From positions 20,029-84,028 of the forward strand of contig CAKSAC010000001.1 of NCBI GenBank assembly GCA_934434925.1: a stretch of 64,000 nt of DNA. The letters are read 5' to 3'. Numbering within the stretch: position 1 is the first letter of the stretch; the number at the start of each line of letters is the position of its first letter. The stretch comes from an uncultured Eubacteriales bacterium. Its GTDB lineage: Bacteria; Bacillota; Clostridia; Oscillospirales; CAG-272. Below, one piece after another: positions 1 through 7,358 of this stretch. The notes below the pieces were generated by a model. The model was not told the DNA's origin, searched no databases, and saw nothing but the letters and a program-made list of their open reading frames with translations. The translations under genes and the position numbers were made by a program.

Positions 1-52
1 GTGCCGCCGCCAGCGAGAGATTATAGAGAAACTGAAAATTGAGGAATAAAAA

Positions 53-937
53 ATGACAAAAACCGCATTTCTGACCATCATAGGCAGACCAAACGTAGGA
101 AAATCCACTTTGCTGAACAGCATCCTCGGCGAAAAAATCGCAATCGTATCCAAAAAACCGCAGACCACGCGGACCCGTATTACCGGGATCCATACCGTTT
201 CGGAAAGTCAATTTGTTTTCCTGGATACGCCCGGAATGCACCGCCCGCGCACCCGTCTTGGCGACTACATGGTCAGGACGGCGACCGAAACGCTCGGGGA
301 GGCGGATGCCGCCATTTTGGTGGTGGAAGCGCGCGACGAGGTGGGGGATATTGAAAAAGGACTGATTGAAAGACTGCGCGAAGGGCGGATTCCGGCGCTT
401 CTTGTCATCAATAAGATTGATACCACCACGCCGGAGCATATAGCCCGTACGATTGCTTCCTATGCGGCCGCTTATGATTTTGACGCGGTAATCCCCATGT
501 CCGCCAAAAACGGAAAAGGCGTTGATATTTTGCTTTCGGAGTGTGACCGGTATCTGACCGAGAGCGCATTTTTCTTCCCGACCGATGAAGTGACCGATCA
601 GCCTGAACGCCAGATTGCCGCCGAGATGATTCGCGAAAAACTCTTGCGCGTTCTGGAACAGGAGATTCCGCACGGAACGGCGGTCGTAATCGAGGATTTC
701 AAGGAAGAACAGAATCTTTTGCGTATCCGCGCGGAAATCTTCTGCGAACGCGATTCTCATAAAGGCATTATTATCGGGAAAAACGGTGCGACCCTGAAAA
801 AAATCGGCACGTATGCCCGGCAGGACATGGAAAAATTTTTCGGCATCAAGGTTTTTCTGGATTTGTGGGTCAAGGTGAAGGAAAAATGGCGCGACAGCGA
901 CGTGGCCGTGCGGAATTTCGGATACCGCGAGGAATAA
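53..937 (+). CDS. era: GTPase Era
   Basis: 294-aa ORF. G1 motif GRPNVGKST, plus DTPG and NKID motifs, with a C-terminal KH-like region. Immediately followed by recO, as in Firmicutes. Confidence 0.95.
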   Translation: MTKTAFLTIIGRPNVGKSTLLNSILGEKIAIVSKKPQTTRTRITGIHTVSESQFVFLDTPGMHRPRTRLGDYMVRTATETLGEADAAILVVEARDEVGDIEKGLIERLREGRIPALLVINKIDTTTPEHIARTIASYAAAYDFDAVIPMSAKNGKGVDILLSECDRYLTESAFFFPTDEVTDQPERQIAAEMIREKLLRVLEQEIPHGTAVVIEDFKEEQNLLRIRAEIFCERDSHKGIIIGKNGATLKKIGTYARQDMEKFFGIKVFLDLWVKVKEKWRDSDVAVRNFGYREE

Positions 938-938
938 A

Positions 939-1736
939 ATGCTGATCGAGGTCAAGGGAATCGTCGTGCGCACCCGGGAACTGCGCGGAAGCGACAAATA
1001 TCTGACGATATTCACCGAAGAGCGGGGGCTCGTCAGCGCAATCGCCAACGGGAGCCGTTCTCTGAAAAGCCGTTACCTTGCGGCAACGCAACTGTTTTCC
1101 TATGCCTCTTACATGCTCGAATACCGGAATGATTGCTATTATGTCCGGGATACCGAACTTTTGGAGAGTTTTTTTGCGTTGCGTCTGGACATCGTCCGTA
1201 CCGCGCTCGGCAATTATATATGCGAGGTTGCGTCCGATACCGTGGTGCCGGAACAGCCGGAATCCGAATTTTTGCGGCTGGTTCTCAATTCTCTTTACGC
1301 CATTGCGGCGGGGAAGCATTCTCTTACGTTGATCAAGGCGGCTTTTGAATTCCGCGCCGCCGCATTGCTGGGGTTCTCGCCGGAACCAAACGGTTGCGCC
1401 GCCTGCGGTTCTGATGAAGAAGAAATGTTTCTCGATATCATGAACGGGAACCTTCTTTGCCGCGCCTGTCGCGATCGGTTGCAGAACGAGCTGCCCACGT
1501 CGGAGGACGATTTTCGCGCGCGCACCCGGGTCGTGCTGGCCGTGCTGACACCGGCCGCGCTCCGCGCGGTCGATTACGTCATTCATGCGCCGCTGGAACG
1601 GCTGTTATCTTTTCGTCTTGAGCCGGAGGACAGCCGGCATTTTGCTCATGCGGCGGAGGAATATTTGTTGCATCATCTCGGGCGCGGATTCCGTACGCTC
1701 GCTTTTTACAAAGAGATGGCCGCTGAAACGGTCTGA
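939..1736 (+). CDS. recO: DNA repair protein RecO
   Basis: 265-aa ORF starting 2 nt after the era stop. Has an OB-fold-like N-terminus and a Cys-rich zinc motif (CAACGS...CRAC) typical of RecO. Confidence 0.85.
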   Translation: MLIEVKGIVVRTRELRGSDKYLTIFTEERGLVSAIANGSRSLKSRYLAATQLFSYASYMLEYRNDCYYVRDTELLESFFALRLDIVRTALGNYICEVASDTVVPEQPESEFLRLVLNSLYAIAAGKHSLTLIKAAFEFRAAALLGFSPEPNGCAACGSDEEEMFLDIMNGNLLCRACRDRLQNELPTSEDDFRARTRVVLAVLTPAALRAVDYVIHAPLERLLSFRLEPEDSRHFAHAAEEYLLHHLGRGFRTLAFYKEMAAETV

Positions 1737-1745
1737 GGTAGGAGT

Positions 1746-4136
1746 ATGCTCTATACGCAAAAAACTTTGACAGCCCTTGAATTTGACAAGATTTGTTTAC
1801 AACTTTCGCAATTTGCTCCCACAGAGGGGGCCAAAAACCGCGCCCTTTCTCTGACGCCGACCGACGATCCGGAGATGGTGGCGCGCCGCCAGCGACGCAC
1901 GGCAGACGCAAGACGGCTGATCGCCGTAAAGGGATATCCCCCCTTCGTTTCGGACGGCGGAGCGGAAGACGCGGTCGCCCGTGCCGAGAAGGGGGCGGTC
2001 CTTTCTCCGAGGGAACTCCTTACGGTTGCGTCGGTCCTCCGCGCCGCGCGGCTGTTTTCGGATTACATCAATACGGATAGGGTCGATTCCGCGCTCAACG
2101 AGTATTTTGACGGTCTGATAGCGGTGCGGCCTCTTGAAGACCGGATCACGAAAGTCATCATCGGGGAAGACCTGATTGCGGATGAAGCCAGCCCGCTTCT
2201 CGGCGAGATCCGCCGCAAAATCCGATCGGCCAATAATCGCATCAAAGACACCCTTGCCACGTATATCGGCGGGGCGCGTTCGCGTTTTTTGCAGGAGAAT
2301 ATCGTCACCATGCGGAACGGGCGTTACGTTGTTCCTGTCAAGGCCGAGTACCGCGGCGAAATCAAAGGGCTTGTGCATGATACGTCTTCTTCCGGAGCCA
2401 CGGTTTTTATTGAACCGATGGCGGTTGTTGAGGCAAACAATGAGCTGCGCGAACTCTCTTCCCGGGAAGAACGCGAGATCGAACGCATTCTTTCCGAACT
2501 TTCGGAAGCGGCCGCCGCGTCAGCCGGGGCTGTGCGCACGGATTGTCATTACATGACCGAGATTGCTTTCTGCTATACCTGCGCCGCCTATGCCGATGCG
2601 ACAGATGCCGTTCCGCCGATCCTTCTCGGCGAAAAACGCATTGAAATCCATCGGGGGCGACACCCGCTGATTGACCGGGAAAAAGTCGTGCCGATTGATA
2701 TATCGCTCGGCGGAGAATTTGATACCCTGATTATCACAGGGCCGAATACCGGCGGAAAGACGGTCGCCTTGAAAACGATTGGCCTTTTTGCCCTGATGGC
2801 GCAGGCGGGATTACAACTCCCCGCGGCGGAAAAGACCGCATTCGGTGTCTTTTCGGATATTTTGGTGGATATCGGCGACGAACAGAGCATAGAACAATCG
2901 CTTTCGACTTTTTCCGCGCATATGGTCAACATCGTGAATATGATCGGAGAAGTAGGGGAGAATTCCTTGGTTCTCTTCGATGAACTCGGCGCGGGAACAG
3001 ACCCGATAGAAGGGGCGGCCCTGGCCGAAGCGATCTTGATGGAAACGCGGGAACGCGGGGCGCTTTCTGCTTCCACCACGCATTATGCGGAATTGAAAGT
3101 TTACGCATTGGAAACGCCCGGCGTACAGAACGCGTCCTGCGAGTTTGATCTGGAAACATTGCGCCCGACCTATCGGCTCGTCATCGGTATGCCCGGAAAA
3201 TCGAATGCGTTTGCCATCTCGGAAAAACTCGGCTTGCCGCAAAAAATCGTCCGCCGCGCCGACGCGCTTCTTTCCAAAGACACCAAACGCTTTGAAGAGG
3301 TGATCTCCCGGTTGGAGGCTTCCCGCGTCGAGATGGAAAAACAGCGGGAAGAAGCCGCCCGCCTCCGTCGGGAATACGAGGCGTTCAAGGCCAACGCCGA
3401 AAAACGTCTGAAAGAGAAGACCGCCTCTTCCGAAAAAGAAATTGCCGCAGCCCTGACGCGCGCCCGCCAGCTTTTGGACAGCGCCCGTGCGGGGAGCGAA
3501 TATATCTTTCAGGAATTGGAACAATTGCGGAAAAAACGCGATTCCGCCAATCTGGCCGAGGAACTCAATCGTGCCAAAGCCGCCGTGCGCGAGCGCTTGC
3601 GGGAAGGCAATGAACTTTACGACAAGGCGGAATTCCGTGAAATCTCGTTGGAAGAAGATTATGTCCTTCCGCGTCCGCTTGTCAAAGGGGATCGCGTCTA
3701 CCTGGTGGACTACCGGCAGGAAGGCATTGTGACCGCTCCGGCCGATAAAGCCGGGAAATTTACAGTGCAGGCCGGGATTTTGCAGGCGAAAGTTCCGCCG
3801 TCCGGATTGCGCTTGCTGGAAGGAAAAGAAAAGGTTCGGGTGAAGGCAAAAACACCCCCGCCGCCGCGCCATACCGCCGCCGTCCATGCAGATTTCCACC
3901 CGGAGATCGATGTGCGCGGCATGATCGGGGAGGACGCATGGTTCCTGATAGACAAGTATCTGGATGACGCGCTTATGGCCGGAATGCGCAGTGTCCGCAT
4001 TATTCACGGGAAGGGAACCGGCGCGCTCCGCGCCGCAATACAAAAGTATCTGAAAACAGACAGCCGGGTGGCTTCTTATCGGATGGGAGCGTTCGGAGAA
4101 GGCGATGCCGGCGTGACGGTCGTAGAACTGAAATGA
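1746..4136 (+). CDS. mutS2: Endonuclease MutS2 (MutS-family ATPase with C-terminal Smr domain)
   Basis: 796-aa ORF. Walker A motif GPNTGGKT, a long coiled-coil middle section, and a C-terminal Smr-like block (IDVRGM...IIHGKGTGALR). Confidence 0.95.
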   Translation: MLYTQKTLTALEFDKICLQLSQFAPTEGAKNRALSLTPTDDPEMVARRQRRTADARRLIAVKGYPPFVSDGGAEDAVARAEKGAVLSPRELLTVASVLRAARLFSDYINTDRVDSALNEYFDGLIAVRPLEDRITKVIIGEDLIADEASPLLGEIRRKIRSANNRIKDTLATYIGGARSRFLQENIVTMRNGRYVVPVKAEYRGEIKGLVHDTSSSGATVFIEPMAVVEANNELRELSSREEREIERILSELSEAAAASAGAVRTDCHYMTEIAFCYTCAAYADATDAVPPILLGEKRIEIHRGRHPLIDREKVVPIDISLGGEFDTLIITGPNTGGKTVALKTIGLFALMAQAGLQLPAAEKTAFGVFSDILVDIGDEQSIEQSLSTFSAHMVNIVNMIGEVGENSLVLFDELGAGTDPIEGAALAEAILMETRERGALSASTTHYAELKVYALETPGVQNASCEFDLETLRPTYRLVIGMPGKSNAFAISEKLGLPQKIVRRADALLSKDTKRFEEVISRLEASRVEMEKQREEAARLRREYEAFKANAEKRLKEKTASSEKEIAAALTRARQLLDSARAGSEYIFQELEQLRKKRDSANLAEELNRAKAAVRERLREGNELYDKAEFREISLEEDYVLPRPLVKGDRVYLVDYRQEGIVTAPADKAGKFTVQAGILQAKVPPSGLRLLEGKEKVRVKAKTPPPPRHTAAVHADFHPEIDVRGMIGEDAWFLIDKYLDDALMAGMRSVRIIHGKGTGALRAAIQKYLKTDSRVASYRMGAFGEGDAGVTVVELK

Positions 4137-4150
4137 CGGCAAACCTCACA

Positions 4151-4250
4151 CGCCGCCCACCCCCTGGTTTCTCCGTCGGCTCCGCTTTTTTTACATCCTG
4201 CGCCGCCCACCTCCTGGTTTCTTTGGCAGTTCCGCTCCTGGCACGTTTTT
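4151..4250. repeat. Imperfect ~50-bp direct repeat x2 in the mutS2/rplA convergent spacer
   Basis: CGCCGCCCACC(C/T)CCTGGTTTCT occurs at 4151-4172 and 4201-4222 (21/22 identical). The following ~25 bp are more diverged. Confidence 0.6.
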
Positions 4251-4286
4251 GCCGGCTCGCTTGCCTGGCATGCAAAACGAAGCGAA

Positions 4287-4322
4287 TAAAAAAAGACATG
4301 TCTTTGAACATGTCTTTTTTTG
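4287..4322. terminator. Bidirectional intrinsic terminator between mutS2 and rplA
   Basis: A-run, then stem AGACATG (4294-4300) paired with CATGTCT (4309-4315), then a T-run. Lies between two convergent genes. Confidence 0.75.
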
Positions 4323-4336
4323 GAACCGCTATCGGT

Positions 4337-5029
4337 TCAGCTGAGTTTTGCGTAGTTGACTTTCACGCCGGGGCCCATCGTGGCGGCAAGAACACAGCTC
4401 TTGATATACTGGCCCTTTGCGCTGGCCGGTTTCGCCTTGATGATGGCACCCATCAGCGCATTGAAGTTTTCCAGCAACTTCTCGGCGCCGAAAGAGGCTT
4501 TCCCGATCGGGCAGTGGATGATGTTTGTTTTGTCGAGACGATATTCGATCTTACCGGCCTTGGCTTCTTTGACCGCTTTGGCCACGTCCGGGGTAACGGT
4601 ACCGGCCTTCGGGTTCGGCATAAGCCCCTTGGGACCAAGCACTTTACCGAGGCGACCGATCAGCCCCATCATGTCCGGCGAAGCAATCACCACGTCAAAC
4701 TCAAACCAGTTTTCACCGGTGATTTTCTTGACGTATTCGTCAGCGCCGACATAATCGGCACCGGCCTCTTCGGCGGCTTTGGCGGCATCACCGCGGGCAA
4801 AAACAAGGGTGCGGACGGTTTTGCCGGTTCCGTTCGGAAGAACGATCGCGCCACGAACCTGCTGGTCGGCATGGCGGGAGTCAACTCCGAGGCGGACATT
4901 AATTTCGATTGTCTCATCAAATTTTGCTTTGGCGGTCTGCACAACCAGTTCCAGCGCCTCGGCACTGTCATAAAGACGGGATTTATCAATCAGCTTTGCG
5001 CTGTCAACATATTTTTTTCCGTTAGCCAT
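4337..5029 (-). CDS. rplA: 50S ribosomal protein L1
   Basis: 230-aa ORF with the typical L1 sequence (MANGKKY...GKIEYR.DK). Directly downstream of rplK. Confidence 0.97.
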   Translation of the reverse strand: MANGKKYVDSAKLIDKSRLYDSAEALELVVQTAKAKFDETIEINVRLGVDSRHADQQVRGAIVLPNGTGKTVRTLVFARGDAAKAAEEAGADYVGADEYVKKITGENWFEFDVVIASPDMMGLIGRLGKVLGPKGLMPNPKAGTVTPDVAKAVKEAKAGKIEYRLDKTNIIHCPIGKASFGAEKLLENFNALMGAIIKAKPASAKGQYIKSCVLAATMGPGVKVNYAKLS

Positions 5030-5046
5030 TGTTCTTTCCTCCTTAA

Positions 5047-5472
5047 TCAGTCAACCACCGAGATTCCCATGCTGCGGGCGGTTCCGGCAACCATGCTCAT
5101 GGCGGCCTCGATGGAACCGGCGTTCAGGTCGGGCATCTTGGTTTCGGCAATCTTGCGAACCTGCTCTTTGGTGATCGTTGCAACCTTGTCCTTGTTCGGA
5201 ACAGCGGAAGCGGTCTCAATGTTGCAGGCCTTCTTCAGGAGGACGGCTGCGGGAGGCGTCTTGGTGATGAAGGTGAAGGAACGGTCGGCATACACCGTGA
5301 TGACAACGGGGATGATAAGACCCATGTCGTTTTTGGTTCTTTCGTTGAACTCTTTGGTAAAGTTGGGGATGGAAACGCCGTACTGACCGAGGGCGGGACC
5401 TACGGGCGGCTGGGGCGTAGCTTTTCCGGCGGGAAGCTGAAGTTTGATATAACCGGTAATTTTCTTAGCCAT
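5047..5472 (-). CDS. rplK: 50S ribosomal protein L11
   Basis: 141-aa [33 protein letters not shown] is the canonical L11 N-terminus. Confidence 0.97.
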   Translation of the reverse strand: MAKKITGYIKLQLPAGKATPQPPVGPALGQYGVSIPNFTKEFNERTKNDMGLIIPVVITVYADRSFTFITKTPPAAVLLKKACNIETASAVPNKDKVATITKEQVRKIAETKMPDLNAGSIEAAMSMVAGTARSMGISVVD

Positions 5473-5574
5473 AATACTAATCCTCCGAAATGTGGTGAAA
5501 ATACGGGAGAATGAAACTTATTTTCTCCCTCCCACATGATATCCGCTGAAAGCGGACGGCGGGGCAAAGCCCCT
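5473..5574 (-). promoter_or_regulatory. Structured nusG-rplK spacer; candidate L1-binding autoregulatory leader
   Basis: On the minus strand, outer pairing ATGTGG/CCACAT encloses hairpin GGGAGA-N13-TCTCCC just 5' of the rplK RBS (GGAGGA). L1 autoregulation at the L11-operon leader is established in other bacteria. The assignment here is inference only. Confidence 0.3.
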
Positions 5575-6117
5575 TTATTCCGCAAGACGTGCGTCCTGCG
5601 TGTCGATCATAACGGCGATGTCCCGGCGCTCGGTAGAAACGAGCAGGGTCAGTTGTTTCTGATCTTCGCTGATTTCCTGAAGAACACCGCAATACCCCTC
5701 GAAAGCGCCCGAGACCACAGAAATCTTGTCACCGATCTTGAAGGCGAATTCCTGAGGCTTGGATTCAATGCGAAGGTTTTTCAGTTCGGCATCCGTCAGC
5801 GGAACGGGACGCGAACCGGGGCCGACGAAACCGGTGACGCCGGTGATATTCCGGACGACGTGCCAGCTTTCATCGTTCATGACCATGTGAATGAGAACAT
5901 AGGCGGGAAGCAGTTTGGTCTCCACTTCTTTTTGCTCACCTTTATCGTTGGTGACGATCCCTTTTTCCGTGGGAACAAGCACATCGAAAATCAGGTGACC
6001 GAGGCCTCTGTTTTTCACAATTTGCTCAATGCTGAGTTTGACTTTGTTTTCATAACCCGAATAGGTATGGGCAACATACCACCTGGGACCGAGGTTCATT
6101 TCATTGATATCGCTCAT
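5575..6117 (-). CDS. nusG: Transcription termination/antitermination factor NusG
   Basis: 180-aa ORF with an NGN domain (WYVAHTYSGYENKV) and a C-terminal KOW motif. Conserved position after secE. Confidence 0.95.
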   Translation of the reverse strand: MSDINEMNLGPRWYVAHTYSGYENKVKLSIEQIVKNRGLGHLIFDVLVPTEKGIVTNDKGEQKEVETKLLPAYVLIHMVMNDESWHVVRNITGVTGFVGPGSRPVPLTDAELKNLRIESKPQEFAFKIGDKISVVSGAFEGYCGVLQEISEDQKQLTLLVSTERRDIAVMIDTQDARLAE

Positions 6118-6130
6118 TCCGATGCCCTAC

Positions 6131-6472
6131 TCAGATCAATTTTGCCAACCAGGCAAAGAAAGCGCTGAAAGCAGTGTCAATGCCGAGAAGAATCGCGCTC
6201 AGTATAACAACAAGCACGATGACCACCGCGGAACTGCGGCAGACATTCTTCCAGGACATCCAGACAATCTTTTTGCGTTCACTCATGAAATCGCGCCAGA
6301 ATCTTGCAATGCGCTTTCCGAGGCGGACGAAGAAGTTTGGCTTTCCGTTCTTTTTCTTCTGCTTGACGGGTTTAGAGGAGACGGATGCTCCGGCAGTTTC
6401 CTCGACCGTGGTACGGTTTTCGGGAAGGTCCTGCTGATTCAGCTCATTGCTGTTTTCCATATCGGCCATCAT
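6131..6472 (-). CDS. secE: Preprotein translocase subunit SecE (with N-terminal hydrophilic extension)
   Basis: Single C-terminal TM helix plus the conserved KVVWPS-like block (KKIVWMSWKN). Start moved to the ATG at 6470-6472, preceded by AGGAGAA. The ORF-track GTG start at 6496 would overlap the rpmG stop. Confidence 0.8.
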   Translation of the reverse strand: MMADMENSNELNQQDLPENRTTVEETAGASVSSKPVKQKKKNGKPNFFVRLGKRIARFWRDFMSERKKIVWMSWKNVCRSSAVVIVLVVILSAILLGIDTAFSAFFAWLAKLI

Positions 6473-6482
6473 TCGTTCTCCT

Positions 6483-6632
6483 TTACTTGCTCTCACGATG
6501 CAGGGTATGCTTACGGCAGAAGGGGCAGAACTTGTTCATTTCAAGTCTGTCAGGATTGTTTTTCTTGTTTTTTTTGGTATCGTAGTTTCTCTGCTTGCAT
6601 TCCGTGCAGCACAATGTGATCTTGTCTCTCAT
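6483..6632 (-). CDS. rpmG: 50S ribosomal protein L33 (not in ORF track, <60 aa)
   Basis: Hand translation gives [49 protein letters not shown]. This has the CxxC...CxxC zinc-ribbon pattern of L33. GGAGG RBS lies 6 nt upstream. Conserved rpmG-secE-nusG order. Confidence 0.88.
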   Translation of the reverse strand: MRDKITLCCTECKQRNYDTKKNKKNNPDRLEMNKFCPFCRKHTLHRESK

Positions 6633-6762
6633 ATCGGCACCTCCTATTGAATTTGGGTGTTACCCCATGCGGCCCCGCGGGGCCTGTACCTCCCTCAGGA
6701 CAGAGGGGTACCGGAAGGTCCCTTTCCGGCACAACAAAAAAGCCTCTGACAGAGGTGCTTAC
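6633..6762 (-). promoter_or_regulatory. GC-rich structured 5' leader of the rpmG operon
   Basis: Between the predicted -10 and the rpmG RBS on the minus strand there are four elements. CCTCT-gtc-AGAGG followed by T6; CCGGAA-N7-TTCCGG; GTACC(C)CTC...GAGGGAGGTAC; and GGCCCC-gc-GGGGCC. Function unknown. Confidence 0.4.
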
Positions 6763-6792
6763 AGTATACCACTGTCTTAGGCTTTTTGTCAA
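6763..6792 (-). promoter_or_regulatory. Sigma-A-type promoter of rpmG-secE-nusG-rplKA
   Basis: Minus strand TTGACA (6787-6792), 18-nt spacer, TATACT (6763-6768). Confidence 0.6.
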
Positions 6793-6811
6793 GAGTTTTT
6801 ACAAAAAAATA

Positions 6812-7214
6812 ATATTTATAACAAACGGCTTACAAAAATGAATTTTTGTATTGCGTTCGCAACAGGTTCTTTGCGAAACGCAAAGAACAGCCGTTCGTTG
6901 AAATATGGCGAGAAAAAGCCCTTGCGAGCAAACTTTTTCTCTTATATTATAACAAACGGCTTACAAAAATAAATTTTTGTATTGCGTTCGCAATAGGTTC
7001 TTTGCGAAACGCAAAGAACAGCCGTTCGTTGAAATATGGCGAGAAAAAGCCCTTGCAAGCAAACTTTTTCTCTTATATTATAACAAACGGCTTACAAAAA
7101 TAAATTTTTGTATTGCGTTCACAATAGGTTCTTTGCGAAACGCAAAGAACAGCCGTTCGTTGAAATATGGCGAGAAAAAGCCCTTGCAAGCAAACTTTTT
7201 CTCTTATATTACAA
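6812..7214. repeat. Tandem array of ~3.07 copies of a 131-bp palindrome-dense unit
   Basis: Unit phase ACAAACGGC at 6821, 6952 and 7083, an exact 131-bp period. ORF-track starts 6846/6977/7108 share the same phase. Copies differ at about 4 positions. See finding 1 for internal structure. Confidence 0.95.
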
Positions 7215-7358
7215 GGTCATATCGGATTTTTTGCGCGGTTTCTTCCGGGACTTTCACGGTTTCTCTTGGGGCTTTCACGGTTTTCCCCGGGGGGCTTGCG
7301 ACTTCACCCCGGGGGCCTTGCACTTGACGACATCGGACCAAAACGCGGTTTTTATCGG

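Noticed and set aside
1-49. Possible 3' end of an upstream gene (frame 2 reads ...CRRQREIIEKLKIEE-stop at 47-49)
   Set aside because: Only 16 codons are visible, with no motif to identify the gene or to prove it is coding. It is left unannotated.
6821-6900. Cloverleaf-like fold of the repeat unit as a possible tRNA or tRNA-like gene
   Set aside because: The loops are only 2-3 nt. There is no GTTCRANYC T-loop, no D-loop GG, no 7-nt anticodon loop and no CCA-compatible acceptor end. The resemblance is geometry only.
6905-6952. 15-codon mini-ORF MARKSPC(E/K)QTFSLIL inside each 131-bp unit
   Set aside because: There is no Shine-Dalgarno sequence upstream (CCGTTCGTTGAAAT-ATG). In the third copy the stop is lost and it runs into a 337-aa antisense ORF. 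The peptide is neither hydrophobic nor toxin-like.
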